Assembly (NCBI GenBank): GCA_902564345.1
Contig: CACFAY010000002.1
Location: 7,858 to 71,857 of the forward strand
From: an uncultured SAR324 cluster bacterium
GTDB lineage: Bacteria > SAR324 > NAC60-12
Reading direction: 5' to 3'
Length of the DNA: 64,000 nucleotides
Made by a program: the position numbers and the translations under genes. A model generated the notes under the pieces. The model did no database searches. It saw nothing but the letters and a program-made list of their open reading frames with translations, and was not told the DNA's origin. Positions 1-9,193 of the stretch are shown here, piece by piece (positions within the stretch are counted from its first letter, which is position 1; each line of letters starts with the position of its first letter).

Positions 1-3000
1 CTTGATGAGACTACACAAAATTTGCTTCGAGTAAACGATGTCTTGGGTGCACTCGCTGAACAAGAAGAAGGACTACGTGAACATGTTGAAAAGGCAGAAA
101 AATATTTGGAAATTAGTAATAAATCTGAACTATTGGAGAAACGTCATCTCAGTTTAAGTTGGCATCAGGCTGGAGTCAACGAGCAAAAAACTCAGGATTT
201 GGTTAGTGGACATCAGCAACAGCAGCAAGATCTGCAAAACGAAAAATCTGTCGTAGAGACAGAAATGGAAAGTCTGAAGCTAGAACAGACTCAGCGGGAA
301 AAAACTTTAGGGGAACAACGTGAAAATCTTTTCCTAAAAGATCAAAATATCCAGGATGCTGAAAATAAAAGAGAACTTGAAAATCAAAATCTTCAAAATG
401 TGGGAGAACAACTTGAGAATTTTCAGACTGAACTTGAAGATCAAAGTCAGCGACTGCATGATAAGAAAAAGGAAAGGTCTGAAGTTGAGACAAAGCTGAG
501 TGATATTAACAAAAGCATGGTAGTAATGGAGTCTGAACTTGCCAGCATTGAAGAAAATCGTTCTGAAAAAAATATTGCTCTTCAAAAAGCGACAGAAGAA
601 TTTTCAACACTCCAAAAAAGACTTCTCAATGTGCACACTGAATTGACCAATCAAACTAATCAAAAGGCTTTCTTAGAAGAAAGCTTAGAAAATCTTTCAG
701 AGAGACAAAACCGGCTTCAAGACCAAGAACAGTTACATAAAAACCAACTAAACGAAGTTACTCTTCAGGTGACAGATTGTGAAGACCGTTTAGAAAGTAT
801 TGTCGATCACAAAAATAAATTATCAGTAAAGTTATCAGAACTTGAGAGTCATTCAAAGGAACTAAATTCAAGAATAATTGAAAGAGAGAAACACCTCGAA
901 GATCTACGTTATCAAAATAACACAGCACAATCACGAATAGAATCACTCCAACAAATTCAGTCACATTATGAAGGATTCAAAGACAGTGTGAAAATATTTA
1001 TGCAATTAATGCACGACAATCCTGAAAAAAAGAGAAAGTTTGGAGTGGCAGGGATTCTTGCAGATTATATTTCTATTTCATCAAAAGAATTGGAAAATTT
1101 GTCACAAGTAATGGCAGAAGTGCTAGACTGGGTCGTAATTGAGCGTGCTAAAATGTTACCTCAAATAGAATTATTTTGTTCTGAAAATGAGCTTGGACAA
1201 CTCAAATTTGTTGCACTGGACAGACCTGCATCTGAATCAAACACAACAAAAATTTCAGGAGTTTCTTTATCGAATATTCTGAAATTTGAGCGACCGCTAC
1301 AAGAGTGGGGTAAAAAGTTTTTTTCACGATTCTATTTGTTAGAAGAAGAAACTAATTTCTGGAAAGAATATGAAAATAATTGGCCTAATCGTCCTATAGA
1401 AATACTTTCTACGTCTGGAATTCGAATTTCTAATGATTCTATTAGTATGGGAACAGTTCAGTCTGGATCACTGGGCTTTTTACAGCGTCAGCAGGAAATA
1501 AGTGATATTGAGAAGTATACTTTTGAATTAAGTGAAAAAATTAAAAAATTAGAATTAGAACTAGATAGTCTTCAGAAAAAATATTCTTCCTTGAAAGAAG
1601 AACAAGAATTCAATGAGGAAGAATACAGAAAACTTGAATTTTCTTTACTTAGCGGAAACAAAGAACTTGAGCATCAACAATTGGAAGAACGACGGATGCA
1701 GCAATCAGTCTCACAGATTTCTCAGGATTCAAATAACATCCTTAAGGAAATTAATAATTCAAGTTTTAAAGAAAGTACAGCTGAGTCGCGGATTTCATCT
1801 CTTGGAAATGAAAGATCAGAACTTGAAACAAAAACTGAAGACTTACAGGAACAAATCAATGGGCTGCAATCTAAGTTAGATTCAACAGCTGAGAAATTAC
1901 TGACTCATCGTGTTTCCTTGACCGAAGCCACAGAGCAACAGAAAAATTTAATGGAAACTAATGGGCGATTGCAGCGTGATAGCTCAGAAACAAGTCAACG
2001 CATAGTGCAACTTGAATCTGCTATAGCTGAAAGTAATTTGAAGATAAAAAATAGCCAGAAAAATATTTTGAATATTGATCAATCTTTTGAAGATATGTTG
2101 GAAGAACGGTCAAAAATAAAAATGATACTAGATGAAGAAATATTACTTCACGAACAAAAAAACGAGCAACAAACTACACTTATTCAAAAAATTCAGGAAC
2201 GTCAACATCTAATTGATAATACATTAACTCAATCTCATCAGCACTCTATCAAACTTACCGAATTTAGAATTCAGCGAGAAAAATTTGAAGAGCAATTGAG
2301 TGAAATAACGGAGCAAAAACCTGAAGATATACTTGCAGAAATTAATATTGAATCAGCAGATCATAGTAAAATGGGGCAAGAACTTCGCTCACTTAAAGCT
2401 CGATTAAACTCAATGGGAGCAGTTAACCTTGCTGCACCTGAAGAGTATGAAGCACTCCAAGAAAGGATTAATTTTTTGCATACTCAATCTGAAGATCTCC
2501 AAAAAGCAATGGAGGATTTAAAAGCAACTATAAAGGATATAAACATTGAATCCCGCAGGAGATTCAAAGAAATGTTTGATCAGGTAAATGAAAATTTTAA
2601 AAGTGTTTTTACAACTTTATTTGAAGGAGGAGAAGCACAACTTTTGCTAACGGAATCTGAGGACCTTCTTAGCGCAGGCATTGAAATAATGGCGCAACCA
2701 CCTGGTAAAAAACTCCAAAACATTAATTTACTGTCAGGAGGGGAGAAGGCGTTGACGGCAATTTCAATGCTATTTGCAATTTTTCTAGTAAAACCAAGTC
2801 CCTTTTGCTTGCTTGACGAAGTTGATGCTCCACTTGATGATGTGAATGTAGTACGTTTCAACAGACTGATAAAAAGCTTAACACAGAACGCACAGTTCAT
2901 TCTTATAACCCACAACAAAAAAACTATGGAAATTGGGGACATATTGTATGGAGTTACGATGGAAGATCCAGGAATTTCCAAAACTGTTTCTGTGGAATTT

Positions 3001-3027
3001 CAAGAAGCAGGGCGTCTAATTGCTTAA
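1..3027 (+). CDS. smc: SMC chromosome-segregation ATPase, C-terminal ~1000 aa; 5' end cut by window edge
   Basis: The frame of the 22..3027 ORF stays open back to base 1 (LDETTQNLLRVNDVL...). Very long E/K/Q/L-rich coiled coil with a central non-coil hinge-like segment. C-terminal ABC signature LSGGEKALTAISMLFAIF, then Walker B CLLDEVDAPLDD and ILITHNKKTM. Confidence 0.9.
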   Translation, partial: LDETTQNLLRVNDVLGALAEQEEGLREHVEKAEKYLEISNKSELLEKRHLSLSWHQAGVNEQKTQDLVSGHQQQQQDLQNEKSVVETEMESLKLEQTQREKTLGEQRENLFLKDQNIQDAENKRELENQNLQNVGEQLENFQTELEDQSQRLHDKKKERSEVETKLSDINKSMVVMESELASIEENRSEKNIALQKATEEFSTLQKRLLNVHTELTNQTNQKAFLEESLENLSERQNRLQDQEQLHKNQLNEVTLQVTDCEDRLESIVDHKNKLSVKLSELESHSKELNSRIIEREKHLEDLRYQNNTAQSRIESLQQIQSHYEGFKDSVKIFMQLMHDNPEKKRKFGVAGILADYISISSKELENLSQVMAEVLDWVVIERAKMLPQIELFCSENELGQLKFVALDRPASESNTTKISGVSLSNILKFERPLQEWGKKFFSRFYLLEEETNFWKEYENNWPNRPIEILSTSGIRISNDSISMGTVQSGSLGFLQRQQEISDIEKYTFELSEKIKKLELELDSLQKKYSSLKEEQEFNEEEYRKLEFSLLSGNKELEHQQLEERRMQQSVSQISQDSNNILKEINNSSFKESTAESRISSLGNERSELETKTEDLQEQINGLQSKLDSTAEKLLTHRVSLTEATEQQKNLMETNGRLQRDSSETSQRIVQLESAIAESNLKIKNSQKNILNIDQSFEDMLEERSKIKMILDEEILLHEQKNEQQTTLIQKIQERQHLIDNTLTQSHQHSIKLTEFRIQREKFEEQLSEITEQKPEDILAEINIESADHSKMGQELRSLKARLNSMGAVNLAAPEEYEALQERINFLHTQSEDLQKAMEDLKATIKDINIESRRRFKEMFDQVNENFKSVFTTLFEGGEAQLLLTESEDLLSAGIEIMAQPPGKKLQNINLLSGGEKALTAISMLFAIFLVKPSPFCLLDEVDAPLDDVNVVRFNRLIKSLTQNAQFILITHNKKTMEIGDILYGVTMEDPGISKTVSVEFQEAGRLIA

Positions 3028-3116
3028 TTGTTCTATCTTCCCAATTATATTTTCTTTAAAAAGATCCTTCTTAAAATCTCTAAAATCAGAAAAAACTTTA
3101 AATTCACACCAATAAA

Positions 3117-4394
3117 ATGCAAGTCAAAATCTTCAATGGACTTAAATCTTTTTCAAATTCGATTGATGTTGGGGAGGATATTAAAGTTACGAGTAAAGTA
3201 CAGGAAATTTTAACAAAGGTGCGCAAAAATGGTGATGCTGCTTTGCGAGAATATACTGCCAAATTTGACAAGGTCATTCCTGATTTTTGGCTTGTTCCAG
3301 AAAACGCTCTGGAAGAAGCATTAGGAAATATTGAAGACGATCTTTTGCTTGTTCTGAAGCAAGCAGCAGATAATATAATGAGTTTTCACAAGCGTCAAAA
3401 AACTGATAGCCAACTAGATTTCAGTTCAGATGGTTCTGTTTTGGGCTGGAAAGTTACACCTGTTGATAGTGTAGGAATTTATATCCCGGGAGGTCGTGCT
3501 GCCTATCCATCAACCTTACTGATGAATGTAATTCCTGCTAAAATTGCTGGAGTAAATAGAATTGCTCTTGTTTCTCCACCTGGACCTTCTGGATTGCCGC
3601 ACCATTTGGTTATGGCCACCGCAGCTTTTATGGGTATAAACGAGCTTTATGCTGTTGGTGGAGCACAGTCAATTGGTGCGCTTGCTTATGGGACAGAATC
3701 CATTGAAAAAGTTGTCAAAATTACCGGCCCTGGCAATGCTTATGTTGCTGAAGCTAAAAGACAGGTCTATGGAAAGGTTGGAATTGACTCCCTTGCGGGA
3801 CCAAGTGAAATTATGATTGTCTCTGACCGTGAAGATATTCCTTTAGATTATCTTGTAAGAGACATGCTCTCACAGGCTGAACATGACCCTGATTCAGGAG
3901 CTTTTCTAGTAACAACATCAGATAAACAGGCAAAAAGAGTATCAGAACGCATAAAAGAACTGGTCCCCAAAATGCCTAGAAAAGAAATTATTGAAGCTTC
4001 ATTTAATAATCGTTCCGCAATAATTATTGTGAAGGATCTGAAAGAAATATTTGAAGTGGTAAATGAATTTGCACCAGAACACCTTGAAATCCTGACAAAA
4101 GACCCCTTTGATGATCTTTACCGGATTCGAAACGCAGGGGCAATTTTTCTTGGTCCAAATTCCCCTGAACCTGTAGGTGATTATTTTGCCGGACCAAATC
4201 ACACCTTGCCAACCTCAGGATGTGCAAAATTTTCTTCACCATTAGGGGTTCAGGACTTTATGAAAACAAGTTCTGTTATCAGTTATTCTGCTGAACGTCT
4301 TAAAAACCAAGGAGAGCAGATCATTCGTTTTGCAGAGGAAGAAAAACTTTTTTGCCATGCAGCATCAATCCAAGCTCGTCTTGATAATTTGTAA
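3117..4394 (+). CDS. hisD: Histidinol dehydrogenase
   Basis: 425 aa, typical length. Motifs IPGGRAAYPSTLLMNVIPAKIAGV, ITGPGNAYVAEAKRQVYGKVGIDSLAGPSE and SQAEHD. Confidence 0.9.
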   Translation: MQVKIFNGLKSFSNSIDVGEDIKVTSKVQEILTKVRKNGDAALREYTAKFDKVIPDFWLVPENALEEALGNIEDDLLLVLKQAADNIMSFHKRQKTDSQLDFSSDGSVLGWKVTPVDSVGIYIPGGRAAYPSTLLMNVIPAKIAGVNRIALVSPPGPSGLPHHLVMATAAFMGINELYAVGGAQSIGALAYGTESIEKVVKITGPGNAYVAEAKRQVYGKVGIDSLAGPSEIMIVSDREDIPLDYLVRDMLSQAEHDPDSGAFLVTTSDKQAKRVSERIKELVPKMPRKEIIEASFNNRSAIIIVKDLKEIFEVVNEFAPEHLEILTKDPFDDLYRIRNAGAIFLGPNSPEPVGDYFAGPNHTLPTSGCAKFSSPLGVQDFMKTSSVISYSAERLKNQGEQIIRFAEEEKLFCHAASIQARLDNL

Positions 4395-4446
4395 TATTTT
4401 ACAATTTTCAAATTCAATTCAAAAAATAATAACTTAATTATTACTG

Positions 4447-4560
4447 CTACTTAATTTCTACAGAATTGAGCCCATCTTTTTTACCAATACCATAAGCAAT
4501 ATATGCAGTTACTCCAACTACAACTCCTATAGCCACAATATGTAATGCTAAAAGCATCAT
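4447..4560 (-). CDS. Possible 37-aa single-pass membrane micro-ORF (MMLLALHIVAIGVVVGVTAYIAYGIGKKDGLNSVEIK), below the ORF-track length cut-off
   Basis: Hand translation of the minus strand. The ATG at 4560-4558 lies 1 nt after the YggT stop codon (4564-4562). There is one hydrophobic helix followed by a charged tail. No homology recognised. Confidence 0.2.
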   Translation of the reverse strand: MMLLALHIVAIGVVVGVTAYIAYGIGKKDGLNSVEIK

Positions 4561-4561
4561 C

Positions 4562-5188
4562 TTAATAAACGCAGATAGATACTGGAAATGAAAGATTACT
4601 TCCATAATAACTAATAGGTGAAATTATGGTTGAGCTTATAAAGTAGAATAGTATTACACCAACTAATGGTGACCAGTCTATCCTTGTACGAGGCAGATAT
4701 CGCTGAAGAGGAGTTATTAGGGGGTCGGCAAGTACATGAATGATGCGTACCAATGGGTTGCTTAAAGATGGATTTACCAACGTAAGACCAAACCATATTA
4801 TCAGCACAAACATGAAGAAAAACAGCAGGCTCTGCAAGACAATAGTAGTTCCCTGGATAAGGTGCCCTCCCGTCTGAAACAATAAGCCTTGTGTATCCGT
4901 GAGACCGTGAAACAACAAATTTAACGAACGTATTTCAGCAGGCAGAACAATTTGCGCAAATATCACAACTAGGATTGAGGCGTAAGCACTGAAATGTGCC
5001 ATCATAACCGGCATCCAGTTTTCGCACCAAACCCATAAAGGCTGTGTTATTCTACCAATCCACTGTACCAGCCTGTTGTGAGGATCTGCACTGACCCAAG
5101 TCAGCACTACAGCTGAAATGATGATCCATTTATACAAAAACAGCCCAAAGCAGCACGCATCAGCTAGCCATTCCAGAAACTGGGACAT
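4562..5188 (-). CDS. YggT/Ycf19-family integral membrane protein (two YggT-like repeats)
   Basis: Multi-TM protein. The C-terminal half carries the family-like motif NPLVRIIHVLADPLITPLQRYLPRTRIDWSPLVGVILF, and a weaker copy (SWV-type VLTWVSADPHNRLVQWIGRITQPL) sits in the N-terminal half. The ATG at 5188 is 3 nt after the upstream stop; the track's TTG at 5191 is an alternative start. Confidence 0.65.
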   Translation of the reverse strand: MSQFLEWLADACCFGLFLYKWIIISAVVLTWVSADPHNRLVQWIGRITQPLWVWCENWMPVMMAHFSAYASILVVIFAQIVLPAEIRSLNLLFHGLTDTQGLLFQTGGHLIQGTTIVLQSLLFFFMFVLIIWFGLTLVNPSLSNPLVRIIHVLADPLITPLQRYLPRTRIDWSPLVGVILFYFISSTIISPISYYGSNLSFPVSICVY

Positions 5189-5191
5189 CAA

Positions 5192-5578
5192 CTATCCGTT
5201 TCTTAGATCTCTTATTGGAGTAAAAGATTCACCACAACCACACTGATGTCCATTTATCAGTTGCTCAAAGATAAAGCCCTGCTCAACTAGGTTTTTATCT
5301 GAATAGTCAATTCTAACTGGTCCCAAAATTTCTGTGAGTTCTTCTCGATCCACAATTACCGAGACATTATTTGAAAGCATTTGAATATCATTTGGTCCAA
5401 TATCTTCTGGTGAGTTTGATTCTAGTTCATATTTCCAACCCGAGCACCCTCCTGGTTTAGCACCAATTCGCAAAAATGTTTTTTGTAAACTAAGTCCTTC
5501 AGCTTCACATGATTCTTTGAAAACCTGTGCTGCCCTCTCAGTAAGTATAATCGCAGGAAGTTCTTTCTCTTTGCCCAT
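5192..5578 (-). CDS. IscA/HesB-family iron-sulfur cluster insertion (A-type carrier) protein
   Basis: 128 aa. GGCSGWKYEL in the centre and C-terminal CGCGESF, which together give the three-Cys signature of A-type carriers. Confidence 0.85.
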   Translation of the reverse strand: MGKEKELPAIILTERAAQVFKESCEAEGLSLQKTFLRIGAKPGGCSGWKYELESNSPEDIGPNDIQMLSNNVSVIVDREELTEILGPVRIDYSDKNLVEQGFIFEQLINGHQCGCGESFTPIRDLRNG

Positions 5579-5610
5579 AATCAGCGAGCCTTTTTAAAAC
5601 AGATAAATTT

Positions 5611-6327
5611 TCAGTATTTTGGGATTGATGAGTCTACATTGCTTGACCAGCCACTAATACCATCTGATATATTATAAACTTGTTGGAAGCCCTGTGAAGT
5701 AAAATACTGAGCAGCTTGCCTGCTTCTTTGACCCAGATGACAGTAAAACATTAATGGTGACTCTGGGTCCCATGATCCTAGCATTTCCTCAACCATTTCC
5801 TGATCAAGTAATAAGGAATTTTCAATGCAAGCTCGCTCACGTTCCTCAGGACTTCTGACATCCAGCAGGCGAATATCTGGATTACTCTTTAAAATTTCTA
5901 CCGCTTCTATAGCTGGTATTTCCTGTACTTCAGCTGGTGGTGGTGGTGGATTAAATTCTTTGTCAGGAAATGCTTCCTTTAGTAAATCTCCAAGCTCTCC
6001 GTTGTTGGATATTTCATCCACGATATCAGAGCCACCAACAAATTCTTTATTAATATAAAGCTGAGGGATTGTAGGCCAGTTTGCGTAGTCTTTGATTCCT
6101 TGTCTGATGCTTTCGTCTGATAAGACATCAAATGACTGAAAAGGGACTTTCCATGATTTCAATATATCTGTTACTTTATATGAAAAACCACACTGAGGAG
6201 AATCGGGAGTCCCTTTCATAAATAAAAATACTGGGCTTCCTGTAAGCATTTGATCAATTCTTCCCTTTGGGTCAGAAGCTGAGTATTCAGTACTTTCGGT
6301 ATCTGAGGAGACAACTTTGAATTTCAT
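5611..6327 (-). CDS. Fusion protein: monothiol (CGFS) glutaredoxin domain + rhodanese sulfurtransferase domain
   Basis: The N-terminal half has KGTPDSPQCGFSYKV...WPTIPQLYINKEFVGGSDI (Grx4/GrxD type). A PPPPP linker follows. The C-terminal half has LLDVRSPEE...FYCHLGQRSRQAAQYF...GISGW (rhodanese active-site loop CHLGQRS). Confidence 0.85.
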   Translation of the reverse strand: MKFKVVSSDTESTEYSASDPKGRIDQMLTGSPVFLFMKGTPDSPQCGFSYKVTDILKSWKVPFQSFDVLSDESIRQGIKDYANWPTIPQLYINKEFVGGSDIVDEISNNGELGDLLKEAFPDKEFNPPPPPAEVQEIPAIEAVEILKSNPDIRLLDVRSPEERERACIENSLLLDQEMVEEMLGSWDPESPLMFYCHLGQRSRQAAQYFTSQGFQQVYNISDGISGWSSNVDSSIPKY

Positions 6328-6599
6328 TACTACACCTTATTTAGTTTTTAACAATCTATTTGTGCGCACACCATTCCGCGAGTTTACATCTGTCACTTTC
6401 CAACTGTAAACGTACAGCACGCCTTGAAACAGTACCAACTTAGTGCTGCATTGGATATCCTACTTTAAAATGTGATCAAAGTCAAATATAATTCTAACTC
6501 CATCATACTCCTTAAATTGTGCTATATGCTAACTAAGTACGAGTTTTGCAAAGCATACTAAGTTATTTTATTCGAATATTTTTTAACCATCACATAATT

Positions 6600-8219
6600 A
6601 TGGCTTCATCAACAATTGTTCCAATTTCAGGAGACCAATTCGAGGATTTTATGCTTTTGACAAATAATGAGCAGAAGTCCAAAAATATGAAACAAGCATG
6701 GCAAATTTTGCGTCAACAAATTCATACACATGTATCAGACACTAAAAAAATAGATTTAAACAGTATTTTTGTAGACATTGTCAGAATGGAACTATTGATT
6801 TTTCCAGTCGTAGAACACTGGAAAAGGCCCTTGACAAACGCTGAATGGGAACATTTAGACAGGGATTCAATGCATCTTGAGAAACAAATGGATCAGATGA
6901 AGAAAATGTCTGCATTACTTCGTAAAAAAGATCCCCGATTATTTCCTGAAATTGCACCATTATTCAACAAAATGTTTGATCATAATCGTGAATTGAGAAA
7001 TAACTGGGTTAATTTCAAAAAACTTTGGACAAACTATAAGAAAGAGTGGGAGTTATTCCAAATTAGAAAAAAACAGGCCCTAAAAAACAATCAAAAGTCT
7101 ATCAAACCGAAGCAAGATTCAACTAAGACAAATAATTCAGAAGAAAAAATTGAATCTCCTGAGTCCCCTCCTATGTTTTCGCGGGAAGCCTGGCATGCAC
7201 TTCGTGTCAGCACTAAAGCAATTGAGGTTGAAATACTTCGTCAATGTGAGCATTTTCGGGGAGGAAAAATAAACAGGGAGAATAATTATAATGTTGAAAC
7301 CCATGCTGGGGTAAAATTTCTTGTTGAAGAATTAAGAAAAATATACCTAAAAACGCATGGATTTGAATTAATTGAAAGAGTAAAGCTTGTACAGAAAAGA
7401 AATGATCAGCTAATGCAGGAATTGCAACCATATTTTCCCGAACCAATTATTTCAGAGGAAATAAAATTACAAACAAAGCCAACTTCAAAAAATCATGATA
7501 TTCATGATTTTAGAAAATATAAACAGGAAAAAACCTCCACCCAACGGTCACAAAAAATTTTACTAGCTGCTATTTTGTTTTCAAGTTTGGGGTTAATATT
7601 AATATTTATATCACAATATCAAGGTATTAAGCAAAATGAAGACATAATAAAACATCTTAAATTTGTGCCTACAAAAGAAACAATTTCCACAAACAGTCCT
7701 CCATCCAATGATTTGTCAGATATTAATATGGATGACATGCTAAATGGATTTGAATCAGATATACCAATCCTTGAATCAAATGAAAGACTTAAGAAGATGA
7801 TAACAGCCCCACCGGAAATATTAGAAAACATAGCAAACAATATCCTACAAGAAATAGGTAAAAATACTGTATTTGTTTTTTCAGAGGCAAAATCTTTGTT
7901 TCTTTTTTGGAAGGGCAATCTTGAAAAATTTGTTTCCATTGATGATTTGAACAAAAAACTCAGGCATTTGGAAAACAAATATAACGAAGTTAAATCTCTA
8001 TGGAATGTAATGGGGGACGACGCTCCGGAAAATGTAAAAGTAATTCCGGATATGTTAGACGGAGAGGCGACTTATGCTTTGGAAATACTAGACGAAAGAG
8101 GGAATCCAATGAAAGTTTATATGACTGAAGATGGAGTTATGATGCGTCTTAGCAATGGTGAACTTTTAGACAAACCCATTACTACAGAAGAAGTATCAAA
8201 GAAAATTACAAAATTATGA
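6600..8219 (+). CDS. Hypothetical bitopic membrane protein (ORFan). K/E-rich N-terminal ~320 aa, one TM (ILLAAILFSSLGLILIFISQY), ~190-aa C-terminal domain
   Basis: Long uninterrupted ORF. The first ATG is at 6600; the track start at 6546 is a non-ATG codon. No motif recognised. Confidence 0.5.
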   Translation: MASSTIVPISGDQFEDFMLLTNNEQKSKNMKQAWQILRQQIHTHVSDTKKIDLNSIFVDIVRMELLIFPVVEHWKRPLTNAEWEHLDRDSMHLEKQMDQMKKMSALLRKKDPRLFPEIAPLFNKMFDHNRELRNNWVNFKKLWTNYKKEWELFQIRKKQALKNNQKSIKPKQDSTKTNNSEEKIESPESPPMFSREAWHALRVSTKAIEVEILRQCEHFRGGKINRENNYNVETHAGVKFLVEELRKIYLKTHGFELIERVKLVQKRNDQLMQELQPYFPEPIISEEIKLQTKPTSKNHDIHDFRKYKQEKTSTQRSQKILLAAILFSSLGLILIFISQYQGIKQNEDIIKHLKFVPTKETISTNSPPSNDLSDINMDDMLNGFESDIPILESNERLKKMITAPPEILENIANNILQEIGKNTVFVFSEAKSLFLFWKGNLEKFVSIDDLNKKLRHLENKYNEVKSLWNVMGDDAPENVKVIPDMLDGEATYALEILDERGNPMKVYMTEDGVMMRLSNGELLDKPITTEEVSKKITKL

Positions 8220-8332
8220 ATCTAAATAGTGTTTTTTAATTCTAAAGGTTAATTTTTTTTAAACGTAATTAGTTGGGAAAAAAAGATCACCTGTTGTCAT
8301 AAATTTAGTTTTTCACAATTTCCTCAATAATA

Positions 8333-9193
8333 ATGAAATTTCTTAAATATCACGCGCTGGGAAACGATTATCTTGTTCTGGATTCTGGGAAAAATGATTC
8401 CCCAATGATTTCTCTTACTTCTGAAAAAGTTCGGAAAATATGTAATCGTAATTTCGGATTGGGTGCGGACGGAATTTTGGTTGGTACCAAATACGATTCT
8501 GAAAAACACTTCAATCTAAAAATATTTAATCCAGACGGAAGTATTGCTGAAAAAAGTGGTAATGGACTGCGAATTTTCGCACGGTTTCTCTGGGAGCAAA
8601 AGTATGTTAATGAGTCTCAATTTAATATAATTACATCGGGAGGACTTGCAACTGCAATTGTAGAGAATTCAGGATCAAATGTTTCAGTTGAGATGGGTAA
8701 AGTCAGTTTTCAAAGTGATCAAATTCCAGTTGCAGGCGAAAACAGAGAGGTGTTGAACGAAAAAATAGATATAGATGGTCAGCAACTAAAATTCTGCGCC
8801 CTAACAATAGGTAATCCTCACTGTGTCGTGCTGAATGGAGAACAAACTCCCGAGGAAGTCCGAAGAATTGGCCCCTTCATTGAAAACCACCAAAATTTCC
8901 CAAACCGAACAAATGTGCAGTTTCTTGAAGTAATAGACCGTGGTAAAATCCGAATAGAAATTTGGGAACGTGGTGCTGGTTATACACTTGCCTCTGGAAC
9001 CAGCAGTTGTGCTGCCGCAGCAGTTGCGCATAGGATTGGTTTATGTGAAAGAAATATTGTGGTTCTAATGCCTGGCGGGGAAATTGATATCAAAGTCAAT
9101 GAAGATTATAGTATCTCCATGAGAGGTCCAGTTACTCGTGTCGGAAGGATGACGCTTGATCCTGAATGTCTTGATCAAGAAACTTCTGGGTGA
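8333..9193 (+). CDS. Diaminopimelate-epimerase-fold protein (DapF family) with Ser at both positions that align to the catalytic cysteines
   Basis: 286 aa. YHALGNDYLVLD, FNPDGSIAEKSGNGLRIFARF, GNPHCVV and WERGAGYTLASGTSSCAAAAVA align by eye with E. coli/B. subtilis DapF blocks (GLGNDF, N.DGSE...CGNG.RC, GNPH, ERG.G.T.ACG[ST]GACAA). Confidence 0.75.
   Translation: MKFLKYHALGNDYLVLDSGKNDSPMISLTSEKVRKICNRNFGLGADGILVGTKYDSEKHFNLKIFNPDGSIAEKSGNGLRIFARFLWEQKYVNESQFNIITSGGLATAIVENSGSNVSVEMGKVSFQSDQIPVAGENREVLNEKIDIDGQQLKFCALTIGNPHCVVLNGEQTPEEVRRIGPFIENHQNFPNRTNVQFLEVIDRGKIRIEIWERGAGYTLASGTSSCAAAAVAHRIGLCERNIVVLMPGGEIDIKVNEDYSISMRGPVTRVGRMTLDPECLDQETSG

Noticed and set aside
193-240. Short poly-Gln run (HQQQQQD) in SMC.
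   Set aside because: It is a trivial low-complexity stretch within the coiled coil.
203-2981. Short antisense ORFs inside smc (203..493, 334..585, 758..964, 2580..2981). Similar antisense or overlapping ORFs occur throughout the track, e.g. 19931..20296, 37042..37335, 53611..53892 and 62031..62300.
   Set aside because: Each lies entirely within, and opposite to or out of frame with, a long gene that has clear homology. They have low-complexity translations. They are shadow ORFs.
3028-3213. 61-aa ORF between smc and hisD.
   Set aside because: It overlaps the hisD start in another frame, has a K/I/F low-complexity translation and has no RBS.
5192-6327. Possible selenoprotein versions of the HesB/IscA-like protein, glutaredoxin or rhodanese (families with known Sec forms), given selB in the window.
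   Set aside because: All active-site positions are encoded by TGT/TGC, and the ORFs are uninterrupted. There is no in-frame TGA.
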